A stretch of DNA of 47,794 nucleotides, the filler included, from Streblomastix strix (lineage: Eukaryota): the NCBI GenBank assembly GCA_008636045.1. It is 2 parts of 2 records of this genome, joined end to end, with 100 filler letters (N's around TTAATTAATTAA, not from the genome) between each part and the next. Parts side by side here need not be neighbours in the genome. Positions count along the whole stretch, not along the records: positions 1 to 23,847 come from SNRW01000255.1; positions 23,948 to 47,794 come from SNRW01000256.1. One strand, 5' to 3'. The notes beneath the pieces were generated by a model. That model worked only from the letters and a program-made list of their open reading frames with translations, was not told the origin of the DNA and did not search any database. Shown here in pieces: positions 13,222 through 25,104 of the stretch (positions are counted from its first letter, which is position 1; the number at the start of each line of letters is the position of its first letter). The position numbers and the translations under genes were made by a program.

Positions 13222-13449
13222 TGCAAATAATTATAATATTTATTAATTGGGTAAGAGATAGTTTCTTTTGCAAAATTGTTTTTAAATTTTTATTGCGAAA
13301 AATTCCAGCTTTCAAACAGGACCTTTTTAATAATCTTTGATTCGTTGATATTTGTAGAAATAAATATTATAAATCGAATTGAACAAATGCCCCCAATGCC
13401 CCCTTTCGAAACAGGCAGTTGGGCGTATTTGACATTGCATATCTAAGGT

Positions 13450-14160
13450 TCATTCGTTAATGATTAATAGTTAATAGATGATTTATATGCCGTGTAATTT
13501 AATGCTAAGAGCGGCAACTATAACAATTGCCTCCATTTTGCTTATTTCGTACTTGATAATAGCAAATATTCGTATATAAATTTTATCTATAATTTTATGG
13601 CTAAAGCTTTTGATATGAACAAAATGCGTTATATTTGTGGTGATACCGATTCGATAACATGGGCCATCAGCGGGAATCCAGAAGAGGATTGCAGATAGAA
13701 GTTCAAATACGTAATCAAAGACTAGAAATTTTTCGATGAAAATTATCCTCTTTTCTTCGGTTAATATAAACAACTATTGGGAACCAGTTATGAGGCAAAA
13801 GGAATGGCTTGCATTGCTTTAGCTCCAAAAATACGTTACATTTATAATCCCCTACCTAATGAAAATGAAAAAGATTGCAATTATTATTTGAATGGAATGA
13901 TATAAAAATAAAAAATTTAGTTAAACGATGAAGCATTTAAATAATCATTTTTGAGTGAATAAGTTTAGGCTCAAAATATTATCCTTGGTCAAAGAAATAA
14001 ATAAATGTCAAAAATATAAATAAATAAAGTACGTTTAACATCAATTCATAATAAAATGGCTGTTCTTGAAAATTAATGCAGCGCTCCATTTTTATATATT
14101 AACGGAAAACGATTGTGTTCTGATAATTATATAATCGAGAAAAACATCAACGAAATCTGA
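13450..14160 (+). pseudogene. C-terminal part of the second Polinton-like PolB (motif C)
   Basis: FAYFVLDNSK, YICGDTDSITWAISG, IALAPK; frameshift ~14015; ends IHNKMAVLENQCSAPF...TGA 14158-14160. Confidence 0.9.
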
Positions 14161-14164
14161 GAAA

Positions 14165-14290
14165 CTGACTCGAAGAATTGATGTGAATAATGAATGACTT
14201 AAAAGTAGTCCGAGAGCCCCAACTCAAAGGGCATTTTTAACTTATTATAGAAATTAACTGCCAATATGCCAATATGCCAATATGTCAATT
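14165..14290 (+). repeat. Left copy of ~129-bp repeat (inverted relative to the copies at 16184-16432)
   Basis: AATGACTTAAAAGTAGTCCGAGAGCCCCAAC...ATTTTTAACTTATTATAGAAATT...GCCAATATG matches the reverse complement of both right copies. Confidence 0.88.
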
Positions 14291-14344
14291 AGCATCTTCA
14301 TTAATACCTTAAATTGTTTTATATTTGTTATAAATAAATATAAA

Positions 14345-15741
14345 ATGAGAATAATTTGAATGATGATATCCTTAGGACTTCTGCTAATGATAAATATCAA
14401 AGAGAAGAATATGAATTTGAAGAACAATAAGATGTCGATGATAAAGTATATAAAGTTCATTATAAAATGCGTCTATCAGAGTTCAAAAAATATATATTTA
14501 AAATTATAAAGATGAAACATATTGATGTTATGGTAGAAAAAGCTGATGAAATAATTATTGGATAACGGACAGTGGCGGATTGGTACTATTATTATGTTTC
14601 AGTTTAATCATAATATCAACCAACAAAATAAAAGAATAAATAAAAAAATAAACAATTGGATAAAGATGTTCAATCATCCAGCCAATCGTCTGCACCCGTT
14701 TAAGGTGGTGTTAAGCAAAATATGCACTATTTTCTCTTCAAAACAAAATTTAAATTGTTTGAAAATATCAATAAATAAAAAAATATGTTTATAATTAAAA
14801 AGATGTATAAGTTTCGATGAAAGATTATAAATTAAAACCATTATAAAGACTACAACGATCTTATTTCTTTCCAAAGTTAGGGAGTTGGGAAATAAATATA
14901 GTCTTTTCTGTCGATTTAGATAAGCAGGAAAATAATGATGAATATGATGATGCTATATTTGAATAGGACGAAATAATAGACCATACTGAATAGCACCGAA
15001 GAAAAACAAATTTGTATCTATTTTGCATAAACATTAATACAAAATATTTAGTGAAATATTCTTTGATAAATAAATCAGCTGCATAAATAGTTGGGTAATT
15101 GTAAAAATTAATTAAAAACTATTACGTAAATAATATTCGTGGCGATCGAGAGAAAGGATATAATAGCTCGTATTTTGCTTTATTTTGTTCAAAGAATAAA
15201 ATTAATTGCTATTTCATTGATTCAAAATTCACCAATCATAATAGAGTAGTCGATTCAGTAATTCGTACAATCAGGAATGCATTTGGTTATAAATTTAAGT
15301 AATTTTCAACAAATCAATAAATGCAAATAGTTGTTGATATATATTGATATTATATATCTAACGTTTCAAAATAAGTATAGCTCATATTAAGTTCAATTAT
15401 CAAGAGATTTATAAGGATAATATATACGTTCATAAATAAAGAAATTAGAGCGATAATTAGCAAGATAACAATAACAGGGAATGTTATCATTTAAGGCTGG
15501 AAATATAATATTAATACATCTTGATTTCTAAAAAACACAATAAAAATTTATGAAATAAAGGAAAAATTTCAATTAATAGATTGAGTTTATTCAATCTGTA
15601 AATGGTAATGTTTTATGCTGATTATTGAATCATTCTTATAAAATAAATTTAATAAAAATATCTTCATATTATTGTAAATATGTAAGTGAAAATAAGGAAA
15701 CGCTTCCAGAATATTATGCATCAGAGTTTAGATTTAGATGA
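14345..15741 (+). pseudogene. Retroviral-type (rve) integrase of Polinton/Ginger type, degenerate; start uncertain
   Basis: GSWEINIVF, YLFCININTKYL, IRGDREKG (D 15144), HNRVVDSVIRTIRNAFG (D 15252). Frameshifts and a TGA at 15619; stop 15739-15741. Confidence 0.78.
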
Positions 15742-15791
15742 AATAATAAAAATTTATTTATAAATTTTTTAATTTTTTTATTGTATAATAA

Positions 15792-16124
15792 ATGACAGCT
15801 ATTGAGCCAATCAAAGATACAATCAATGAAAAAACATAAACAGAGTCATTTAATTCAACAAAACAAGGACGTCCAAAGAAATATACCGATAAAGAATAAG
15901 CAATGATTGCTGCTAGAGAACAACGCAAAAATGTAAGAAGCAGATAAAAATATAATTAAACAAATTATGTTTCTAAAGTCAATGATATGTAATTATTGAT
16001 AATCAAAAAACTTAAAAATGTAATCGTAAATATTAATGATTTAACAACATTTAATGAATTCATTTAAAAATATGATAATAAAAAAGACAGTAACGAAGAT
16101 ATTAGTGACTCAATCACCGTTTGA
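15792..16124 (+). CDS. 110-aa small protein with AT-hook-like GRPKKY motif
   Basis: Intact ORF from ATG 15792 to TGA 16122-16124: MTAIEPIK...TKQGRPKKYTDKEQAMIAAREQRK. Confidence 0.7.
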
Positions 16125-16183
16125 AGCGCCAACATATTTATTTTATGATTCCAACAATGAGAAATATATCAATATTTTCAAAC

Positions 16184-16432
16184 AATTGACACATTGGCGT
16201 ATTGGCAGCTAATTTCTATAATAAGTTAAAAATCCTCTTTGGATTGGGGCACTCGGACCACTTTTAAGTTAATCATTACCTATTCGATTTTCTCGAGCCA
16301 ATTACATACATTTATTAACACATTGACATATTGGCATCAAATTTCTATAATAAGTTAAAAATCTTATTTGGGTTGGGGCACTCGGACCATTTTTAAGTCA
16401 TTCATTACCAAACTCAATTCCTCGCTCCAAAT
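16184..16432 (-). repeat. Two tandem copies (period 129 bp) of the repeat, inverted relative to 14165-14290
   Basis: AATTTCTATAATAAGTTAAAAATC...TTGGGGCACTCGGACCA at 16211 and 16340. Confidence 0.88.
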
Positions 16433-16643
16433 TTACGTTTTTCATTAACATTTTCATCCAACCAAATCCATTAACCAAACCATCAACTTACCTAATTAAC
16501 TGCGTAAGTAGCTATATGAAAAAGGAGAGTGTTATACATTTCAAGAATATCATTCAATAACATACGTCATTATTCCACTTCAATATCTATATTCAATAAT
16601 CATTCTCTATCATGATCTTTTAATAATCTTATACAAGTGTTTA

Positions 16644-19600
16644 TTTTCTTTTATATTATTTATTATCAATATTTATTATTATTTATTTTCACTATTTTAT
16701 TATTAATATTTATTTTACATTATTTTATTTTATTTTTCAATGTGGGACACTTTCCTTTTTCACATAACTACTGCCATACGTACAAAGAATATAATTCAAT
16801 AACGAACATCATTTACGTACAACACTAATCCAATATATTAATCACTATAAATCATGACATTCATTAATCAAACATTTCTAAATATTCAGTCTTATAATAA
16901 ATAATATCAGATTTTTAATACCATTATATAATTGTCATTATTTAAATTATATAATTTATTTGCATTGTTTATTTAATTTCTTTGATGTGGGACACTCTCC
17001 GTATTCTTATACCTACTCCCCGCTTAGCGGTCGTTTGTAGGTGCAATCTCTTTTTCGAGCCTAGTTGATTGAGTTATTTAGTGGATAAAAATCTAGAGAA
17101 ACAAGTTAGGAATATTCGAAAAAGAAGAATTAAGAAACGAAAGATGAATAAATTTAATTATTTAAGGATTAAGAATAATTGATTGAGTTATTTGGTGGAT
17201 AAATTGTTAGAAATTCAAGATTGAGAAATATTGAAAAACAAAAATAAGAAATGAATGATGAAAAGATGTTAGAATTTGATTAAAACGCGAAAAACAGTAA
17301 AAGAAAAAGTACAAAAAATGGATTCCAAACAAAATGAGCAAATATAGAAAAACAGAAGTAAGAAATTAATGCAGAATAAATAGCAGAATTTGAAATAATA
17401 ATAATAAAAACAAATAGACATAAACAGTATTAAAATCATGGGAAACAAGAAAAAAGAAGAAAAAGAAGATGATGAAAGATGATTCAAATGATCCAGATAA
17501 ATCTAATGGTGGTTCAATTGAATAATATAATCATTAGAATGATATTATAATCGATTCAACTAGTACAGAAGATACTAAGAGTGTGACAACATTTAAAGAA
17601 AAAGAATGGAATATTACCAAATTTTTAAAGAATTCTTGTATTATTTTTTATAGTAAATACGTTGATATTTAAAATTTAAATATTTAATTTATTAAATTAA
17701 TTATTTAAATTTTAAAAATTAATTGATTGAAAATAGTTTAATTATATTAAAATAAATACTAATTTAATTAACATCTCTTAATTAATATCTTTAAATATTA
17801 TCAAATTATTGTAAAATCAAATTTGCAATTAAAATAAATTGTCTTAAAAAGGAATTTTATAATATTTATTAGATCTTTATTAATATTATAAATTTATTTC
17901 TATTTATCTATCATATTTTTATTTTTATTTTATTTGAATAATTACATCATTTATTCTTATGAATATTCTTTACATACATATTTAGATTACATATATATAT
18001 AAATGAATAATTTTTGTGTTATACAAGTTATTAAAATTCGAATGCGATTCATTTTCCAATTTTTTCATCTTAATATAATTTTTATATTGTGCTGATTTAT
18101 TTTTTCAGTTGTAATTAATTTTTTTTTAAATGAAAATTAACTTTTTCACCTCGTGTGACTATCATAAATAAATAATTTTCTGTGATTCTATATTAATTTG
18201 CTTATTTTTTTGTACTTTTTCTTTTATATTATTTATTATCAATATTTATTATTATTTATTTTCACTATTTTATTATTAATATTTATTTTACATTATTTTA
18301 TTTTATTTTTCAATGTGGGACACTTTCCTTTTTCACATAACTACTGCCATACGTACAAAGAATATAATTCAATAACGAACATCATTTACGTACAACACTA
18401 ATCCAATATATTAATCACTATAAATCATGACATTCATTAATCAAACATTTCTAAATATTCAGTCTTATAATAAATAATATCAGATTTTTAATACCATTAT
18501 ATAATTGTCATTATTTAAATTATATAATTTATTTGCATTGTTTATTTAATTTCTTTGATGTGGGACACTCTCCGTATTCTTATACCTACTCCCCGCTTAG
18601 CGGTCGTTTGTAGGTGCAATCTCTTTTTCGAGCCTAGTTGATTGAGTTATTTAGTGGATAAAAATCTAGAGAAACAAGTTAGGAATATTCGAAAAAGAAG
18701 AATTAAGAAACGAAAGATGAATAAATTTAATTATTTAAGGATTAAGAATAATTGATTGAGTTATTTGGTGGATAAATTGTTAGAAATTCAAGATTGAGAA
18801 ATATTGAAAAACAAAAATAAGAAATGAATGATGAAAAGATGTTAGAATTTGATTAAAACGCGAAAAACAGTAAAAGAAAAAGTACAAAAAATGGATTCCA
18901 AACAAAATGAGCAAATATAGAAAAACAGAAGTAAGAAATTAATGCAGAATAAATAGCAGAATTTGAAATAATAATAATAAAAACAAATAGACATAAACAG
19001 TATTAAAATCATGGGAAACAAGAAAAAAGAAGAAAAAGAAGATGATGAAAGATGATTCAAATGATCCAGATAAATCTAATGGTGGTTCAATTGAATAATA
19101 TAATCATTAGAATGATATTATAATCGATTCAACTAGTACAGAAGATACTAAGAGTGTGACAACATTTAAAGAAAAAGAATGGAATATTACCAAATTTTTA
19201 AAGAATTCTTGTATTATTTTTTATAGTAAATACGTTGATATTTAAAATTTAAATATTTAATTTATTAAATTAATTATTTAAATTTTAAAAATTAATTGAT
19301 TGAAAATAGTTTAATTATATTAAAATAAATACTAATTTAATTAACATCTCTTAATTAATATCTTTAAATATTATCAAATTATTGTAAAATCAAATTTGCA
19401 ATTAAAATAAATTGTCTTAAAAAGGAATTTTATAATATTTATTAGATCTTTATTAATATTATAAATTTATTTCTATTTATCTATCATATTTTTATTTTTA
19501 TTTTATTTGAATAATTACATCATTTATTCTTATGAATATTCTTTACATACATATTTAGATTACATATATATATAAATGAATAATTTTTGTGTTATACAAG

Positions 19601-19787
19601 TTATTAAAATTCGAATGCGATTCATTTTCCAATTTTTTCATCTTAATATAATTTTTATATTGTGCTGATTTATTTTTTCAGTTGTAATTAATTTTTTTTT
19701 AAATGAAAATTAACTTTTTCACCTCGTGTGACTATCATAAATAAATAATTTTCTGTGATTCTATATTAATTTGCTTATTTTTTTGTA
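16644..19787. repeat. Apparently perfect 1573-bp tandem duplication (16644-18214 and 18217-19787)
   Basis: Same sequence at offset 1573, e.g. TGTGGGACACTTTCC at 16741 and 18314; identical ORF-track entries at 17269 and 18842. Contains a fragment similar to 21100-21300. Confidence 0.95.
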
Positions 19788-20124
19788 AAATATATATTTT
19801 TATAGCAACTCAATCATTATGAAAAATCAAGTGTTGGTGCACTGCCCATTATTATTTTATTATTAAAAGTAAAATCGATACACCTTCATACAGCAATTAA
19901 ATTAATTATTTTCTTCTTCACAGTCAAGTTATTTTTGTGATATTATTATAATTAATATTATTTTATTACAATTCATTCAATAACTTTAATAAGGTACCGT
20001 ACTTAGTAAAATTACTGTACTAACTTATTTAACCAACATTTAAATCTAAATAAATAAAACGGTTTTTATCCTTAATTATAAATTTTTTATTTTTATATAT
20101 AATTATATTTAGTATATTTCAAAA

Positions 20125-21430
20125 ATGCAAAACAAAGCTGGGTCTTTATTTGCTCTTGAAGAATATAATATTGTTGGAGGTATAACTGGACTTGGACCAG
20201 AGATTTTAATTGAAGTTCTTGGTGAAATGACATCTGTTGATGAAGCATTAAAGGTATACATTTTGATTTATTTAGCTACGATTATTTTTAGTAAATTGTA
20301 AATTAAAAGTTTTTAAGTTTAAATAAGAATACATATACTTTGATTAGTTATGAAAATCATGATTATTTAGTAAGATAAATTGAAGAAGTACTTCAATATT
20401 TAGAAAAATAGTTCGGAGAATAATATTCAAAATGAATAAGACTTTAAAATTTCTTAAACTAATGTTAAGTAATATCAAATGATCTTATATTATGTAGGAT
20501 GCTAGTTAGATACATAACTCAGAGCAGATAAAATTCGTCAACCTAAAGAAATTGGCATACGATGCCATAAATTAGGCCCATAATTAATTATATAAGGAGG
20601 AATAATTCATCAAACTATAAATTAATCATCTCCTTAAAAATCTATTGAGTAAATAATTAACAACTTAAAATTAACTATATTTCATCCATAATCATATTGA
20701 TTATATATTTTTTTAAATAATTAAATATAATTATTAAAAGATTCTTTCAGACACTTCATTATTCAAAGCAATCTTGAAATGTATATAAAATGTCTATAGA
20801 TAAGTGGATGTAGTTAATTTTGGTAGCAATTTGAATTAACTTTAAGCGTATTAAGATAAAAACATTACATTTTTTTAGTTGGACATATAAAAGGATTAAG
20901 CAAAAAATCCATAGAAAGATTATATATATAATAAAGGATATTTGCTAAGAATATATTCAAGATTAAATTTTAAAATTAATTCTTTTATTAATTTTAAAGA
21001 AGGAAAATGAAGCTGAAGGATAAATAATATTTGATTAAGAGGAAGAAGATAAATAATTAAAAAGAGAGGAAATTTTAGAAAAAAAGTTAAAAGAAAATAA
21101 ATCTTGAGAAACAATTTAGGATAATTCGGAAAAAATTAAATAAGCTATGAATGACGAATAAATTTTATTATATGAGGATTAAAAATAATTGATTGAGTTA
21201 TTTAGTGGGTAAAAATCTAGAGAAACAATATAGGATTATTCGAAAAAAATGAAATAAGAAATGAATGATGAATAAAAGTTAGAACTTGATTAAAATGCGA
21301 AAAATAAAAATAAGTAAAGTGCACTAAATGCATGGGAAACAAGATTAAGAAATATTGAGTTATAAAAATTAAAACTTAGTGATGAATAAAAGCAAGAATT
21401 TGATTAAAATGTAACTATAGCAATTTGTTC
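20125..21430 (+). CDS. F-box-like family gene with low-complexity Q/E/K C-terminus; structure uncertain, possibly degenerate
   Basis: MQNKAGSLFALEEYNIVGGITGLGPEILIEVLGEMTSVDEALK shares the motif of the genes at 25105 and 28332. Confidence 0.5.
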
Positions 21431-21820
21431 AAAAAGCTAGACTATTCTGGGGAAAAGTCCTGCCCAAACGTTATTCAAAAGGTACCCTCTCAATTATAAT
21501 TAAATTTATCCTGTTAATGATTTTAAAAATAAAATTGAACATGTGTAACTTGAAATACACGAGCTGCGCACTTTTTATCTTTTTTCTCCATGCTTAAGCA
21601 TTTAAATGATAAAATTGTCATATTTTTAAAAATAACTCAAAATGTATATTTCAAAAAAAAATTTCGTTAAATTGATCCTCATTATAAAGATAGATAACTA
21701 ATATTAATGATTTTTTATTATAACGCTTATTCTAACTTCATATTTATACCGGGGTGTTATTTTTCCATAATTTTTTATAAATTTCCATAATATTTTTCCA
21801 ATCAAATTTTTGAGTCAAAT

Positions 21821-23480
21821 TCACTATTTATTGTTAACAAATGTAACATAATGGTTGTTATTGATAAATGCAAGAGTAATATTGAGCCTCGGAGCAAGTA
21901 GAATTGGATTGTTAAGAGTGTATGATTGCTTATCTGGTAAAAAAATTGTTACTTTTCTACCAATTACTCTTGCGGCAGCTTCCAGAACTGGACCATCAGC
22001 CCACTGATGCACGTTACGCATACGAATGATGTACTATTCAATTGTTTCTTCTCTTTCCCTCTGTTGCCATGGAATTGGATTGAAATTTCGATTTTCTCTC
22101 TATTACCTTGCAATTTTAGCCTCTGCTTATGTCACAAATTACACTCGAATATCATCATCATTAGCGTGGTTTTACAAATAGTCACATGCAAGTTGTCTTA
22201 TATTTATATGTTCATCCTCTGTATTATAAAGTCCTACAGAAAGTGCTCTGAAGTAGCAGTCGCCTCCTGCTTAGTTGTCTATTATTGACTAATTGTTTTC
22301 TTCAGCGATCTAGCTAATTAACTGGAAATCCGAAAGAGCTTTTTTCTTTTCTTTTATTTCTTTAGTAGGTTTTTTGCTTCTGCTGTTGTTTGATTCATCA
22401 AAGAAATTCGATTCTGAATCTGATTGATCTGTTTGTTCTATATGATTGGTCTCATAAGAATCGGTTGAGCTTGGTTCTTACTCTGAAGATTCACTTATTT
22501 CTATCTTTGATTTGCCTTTATTTGATTTCACACTCTTCAAATTTGATTCATTATATTCAGAATCGAATTCTTGGCCATCATCGGACTCCTCACAGTCGCT
22601 GTAGTAAATATATGGGTCTTTTTCAGGTAGATAGTCAGGATCCGAAAGCTGATATAGATCTGAATCACTAAGATCAGTGATAATTTTAGAACATTAGGGT
22701 GACTTAAGACTTGATCTTCCGTTCTCATATCTCGGATTTTCTTAATCTTGCAATACATCCTCGTTGTTGAGAACCACATTCTAATCTCTTGGGTATAAAC
22801 CAGTTTCGTTAAAAGAGGATATTCTGTTGTCATATGTCACAGTTTGTTACACAGCCTAAATTGAAGTCTAGATAATTATTTCTCTTTTATCTTCCTTGCA
22901 TAGTTTCACATCTTCTTCATTTAAATTTTCTTATTTCTTCTTCAGAAACTTGCTTCTGACAGTTCTAAATATGTTTCTATAGTTTGTTCGAAGTGGTCCG
23001 TTAATCACCTTATCAAGAGGTTGCATATGAGATGTTAGTCCCACAGGATATGTCAAGGCAATAATATCTTCCTTCTTAAGTAATTTTTTGGCCTCTCTAT
23101 CGCGTCTACTTGGATGCCCGTCAACAAAAAGAATTATCTTTTCATCCTATGCATAATATCCTATTAGCTTTTGTTCCAAAACCCAATTAATTAGGATAGT
23201 ACACCATTCTCTGAATAACACTTTTGTCATGAAACCTCGCTTACTCACAAAGATAAAGAATGCTTCAGCTTCTGCCATTTCCTATACTCGTAAAGGTACG
23301 TAAGTTAAATCCCCAATTATGAAGAACAGAGGTGGTTACTTGATTCCTCTAGCAATGGATAATGCCATTGTGATGTGCCCTGGATCAACATCATTTTCTA
23401 CTGCAACAGCTCGTTTTTTACCCCTTCTTTTTGTGACTTTTGCATCCGTAACTGCTTCTTCAGTAATCTCTTTCATCTTT
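21821..23480 (-). CDS. Pogo/Tigger-like DDE_1 transposase fused in frame to a C-terminal OTU deubiquitinase; 5' end truncated or chimeric
   Basis: One frame: HITMALSIA..PPLFFI, RGFMTKVLFREW, LFVDGHPSR, TSHMQPLDKVING, ETGLYP, an acidic linker, then AGGDCYFRALS, QWADGPVLEAAARVIG, NNHY. TGA 21821-21823. Confidence 0.88.
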
Positions 23481-23847
23481 ATCATCTTTACCACTCATTA
23501 ATCCTTTTCCTAAATAAATACAATAAGACAATTTATTATCATAATAAATTAATTAACATTATTCAAACCTTTTCTTTTCTTCTTCTTATCATCTTCATCA
23601 TCAGTTTCTTCTCCACTTTCATCTTTATCATCTTTACCATCATCCTACAAATAATCAATATAAAATATATAATTAATATAATATATATAATAAAAAAATA
23701 TATATATTGTATATATAATTAATACTTCATCTTCTCCATCTAAAGATCTCTTAAGTTAATTTACAGCTTCTTCCATTGCATTCCTATTCTAAACTCTCTT
23801 AAGATTCTTTCTATCTTCCTATACAATAGATATTTATATATTTAATT

Positions 23848-23947
23848 NNNNNNNNNNNNNNNNNNNNNNNNNNNNNNNNNNNNNNNNNNNNTTAATTAAT
23901 TAANNNNNNNNNNNNNNNNNNNNNNNNNNNNNNNNNNNNNNNNNNNN
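23848..23947. other. Artificial contig-joining linker N44-TTAATTAATTAA-N44
   Basis: Symmetric 100-bp spacer with a six-frame standard-code stop cassette. Confidence 0.95.
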
Positions 23948-24343
23948 CTGTGGTACGGGTAATTACTGTTGAACTTGTTGAGCGCCTGCTCCTCTGCGGT
24001 TATTATGCGAGACAAAACCATCTCTTGCCCATAAAGTTTTAACCAGCTTAAATGAATGGTATCCTGGAGGTTTTTGCTAAATCAAGCATTCAAACTCGAG
24101 GACTTTATCTTATCCTTCGTAAGGGATCAATTCATCCTTAAACATGTTCTTGCTGCCAACTAAAATGTGTATGGGTTCTGTAAGTTGAGCCCCAGACAGT
24201 AAAAAGTCTAATTCAACTTATGCATCGAAAGAGCCTTGATCATCAACTTCTGTCTTTGAAACAAATTTGCCATTAAATTTGGTAGTTTAACCGACGTATG
24301 CATTAGGATTATTGTTGTATTCGCTTAAAGTAATGGTTGCCAT
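23948..24343 (-). CDS. Hypothetical protein, 3'-partial, possibly OB-fold-like; probable 5'-UTR intron
   Basis: MATITLSEYNNNPNAYVGQTTKFNGKFVSK...; open to the gap. A GTATG...TTTTAG intron lies just upstream of the ATG. Confidence 0.6.
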
Positions 24344-25104
24344 TCTAAAACAAACAAATAAAAAAAGTCAAATATAAGAAAGGAAGAAATTATAGCCCAT
24401 ACGTTGTTACACAGTTAGTAAAATCAATAATATATTGCTATATATATAGTTTGTCAATTAAAATAGAAAAAAATTCATCGCGAATGCAGGACACCTCAGG
24501 ATTGATGTATATTTAGTCAGGCGTTAGTGACTGTATTATTCGTAAATATTTTCACTCAAATAACATATTTTTTATTCTATTTAATAAAATAATATAAATA
24601 CAATTAAAATTTTATTTGAGTTATAGAAATATGTAATTATTGTTTGAATAAAACATCTTTTCATCTCAATAATTCAATTATTATTATTTGGTTTGTTTAA
24701 ATTTAAAAATAATAATTAAATTGTTATTTTTCTATTATCATTTTAACGAGATAACCAGTTTTTGGCTACAAAAAAATAAATAATTGAAATCTTGTTTTAT
24801 TTACTAACTTAATCATAATATTGTTTAATTTTTTATTAATTCTCTATAAATTTGATATATTTCAATTTATACCTTTTATTTTATCTAAATCAACCAAATT
24901 ATATTAATTTTTAACTATAAATATTTTTTTCTTTTATTTTAAAATTTTTTTTGTTATTAATTTATTTAAAACTATATTGCATTTAACCACAATATATAAA
25001 TATAATTTTTCTTTACTATTTTATGGGAAATTTATTTTGTTTTGATATATTTATTCAGCAAATTTCATTAATTTTTTTATTTCTTTTTTATTTTTAGAAT
25101 ATAT

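Larger units (their letters stand above)
7688..13441 (+). mobile_element. hAT-superfamily DNA transposon, 5754 bp, with imperfect TIRs and 8-bp TSD
   Basis: TSD TCTAAGGT at 7680-7687 and 13442-13449. Left end TATGGAATGTTTTTTACGCCCAG; right end reverse-complemented TATGCAATGTCAAATACGCCCAA. Removing the element plus one TSD restores the PolB frame (WLSHLQGSFVNDQQL). Encodes a hAT transposase. Confidence 0.93.

Noticed and set aside
14165..16432. 129-bp repeats as a CRISPR array
   Set aside because: Long units, no unique spacers, no cas genes, eukaryotic context.
16637..19060. Hydrophobic F/I/L-rich ORFs in the supplied track (also 14254, 20920, 23375, 43704, 44760)
   Set aside because: By-products of AT-rich sequence or antisense of K/E/Q-rich genes under the wrong genetic code.
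21440..21500. Candidate right TIR of the pogo-OTU element
   Set aside because: The other end is lost at the contig break, so no inverted match or TSD can be confirmed.
23848..23947. TTAATTAATTAA palindrome inside Ns as a biological site
   Set aside because: Symmetric artificial spacer; the two sides need not be adjacent in the genome.
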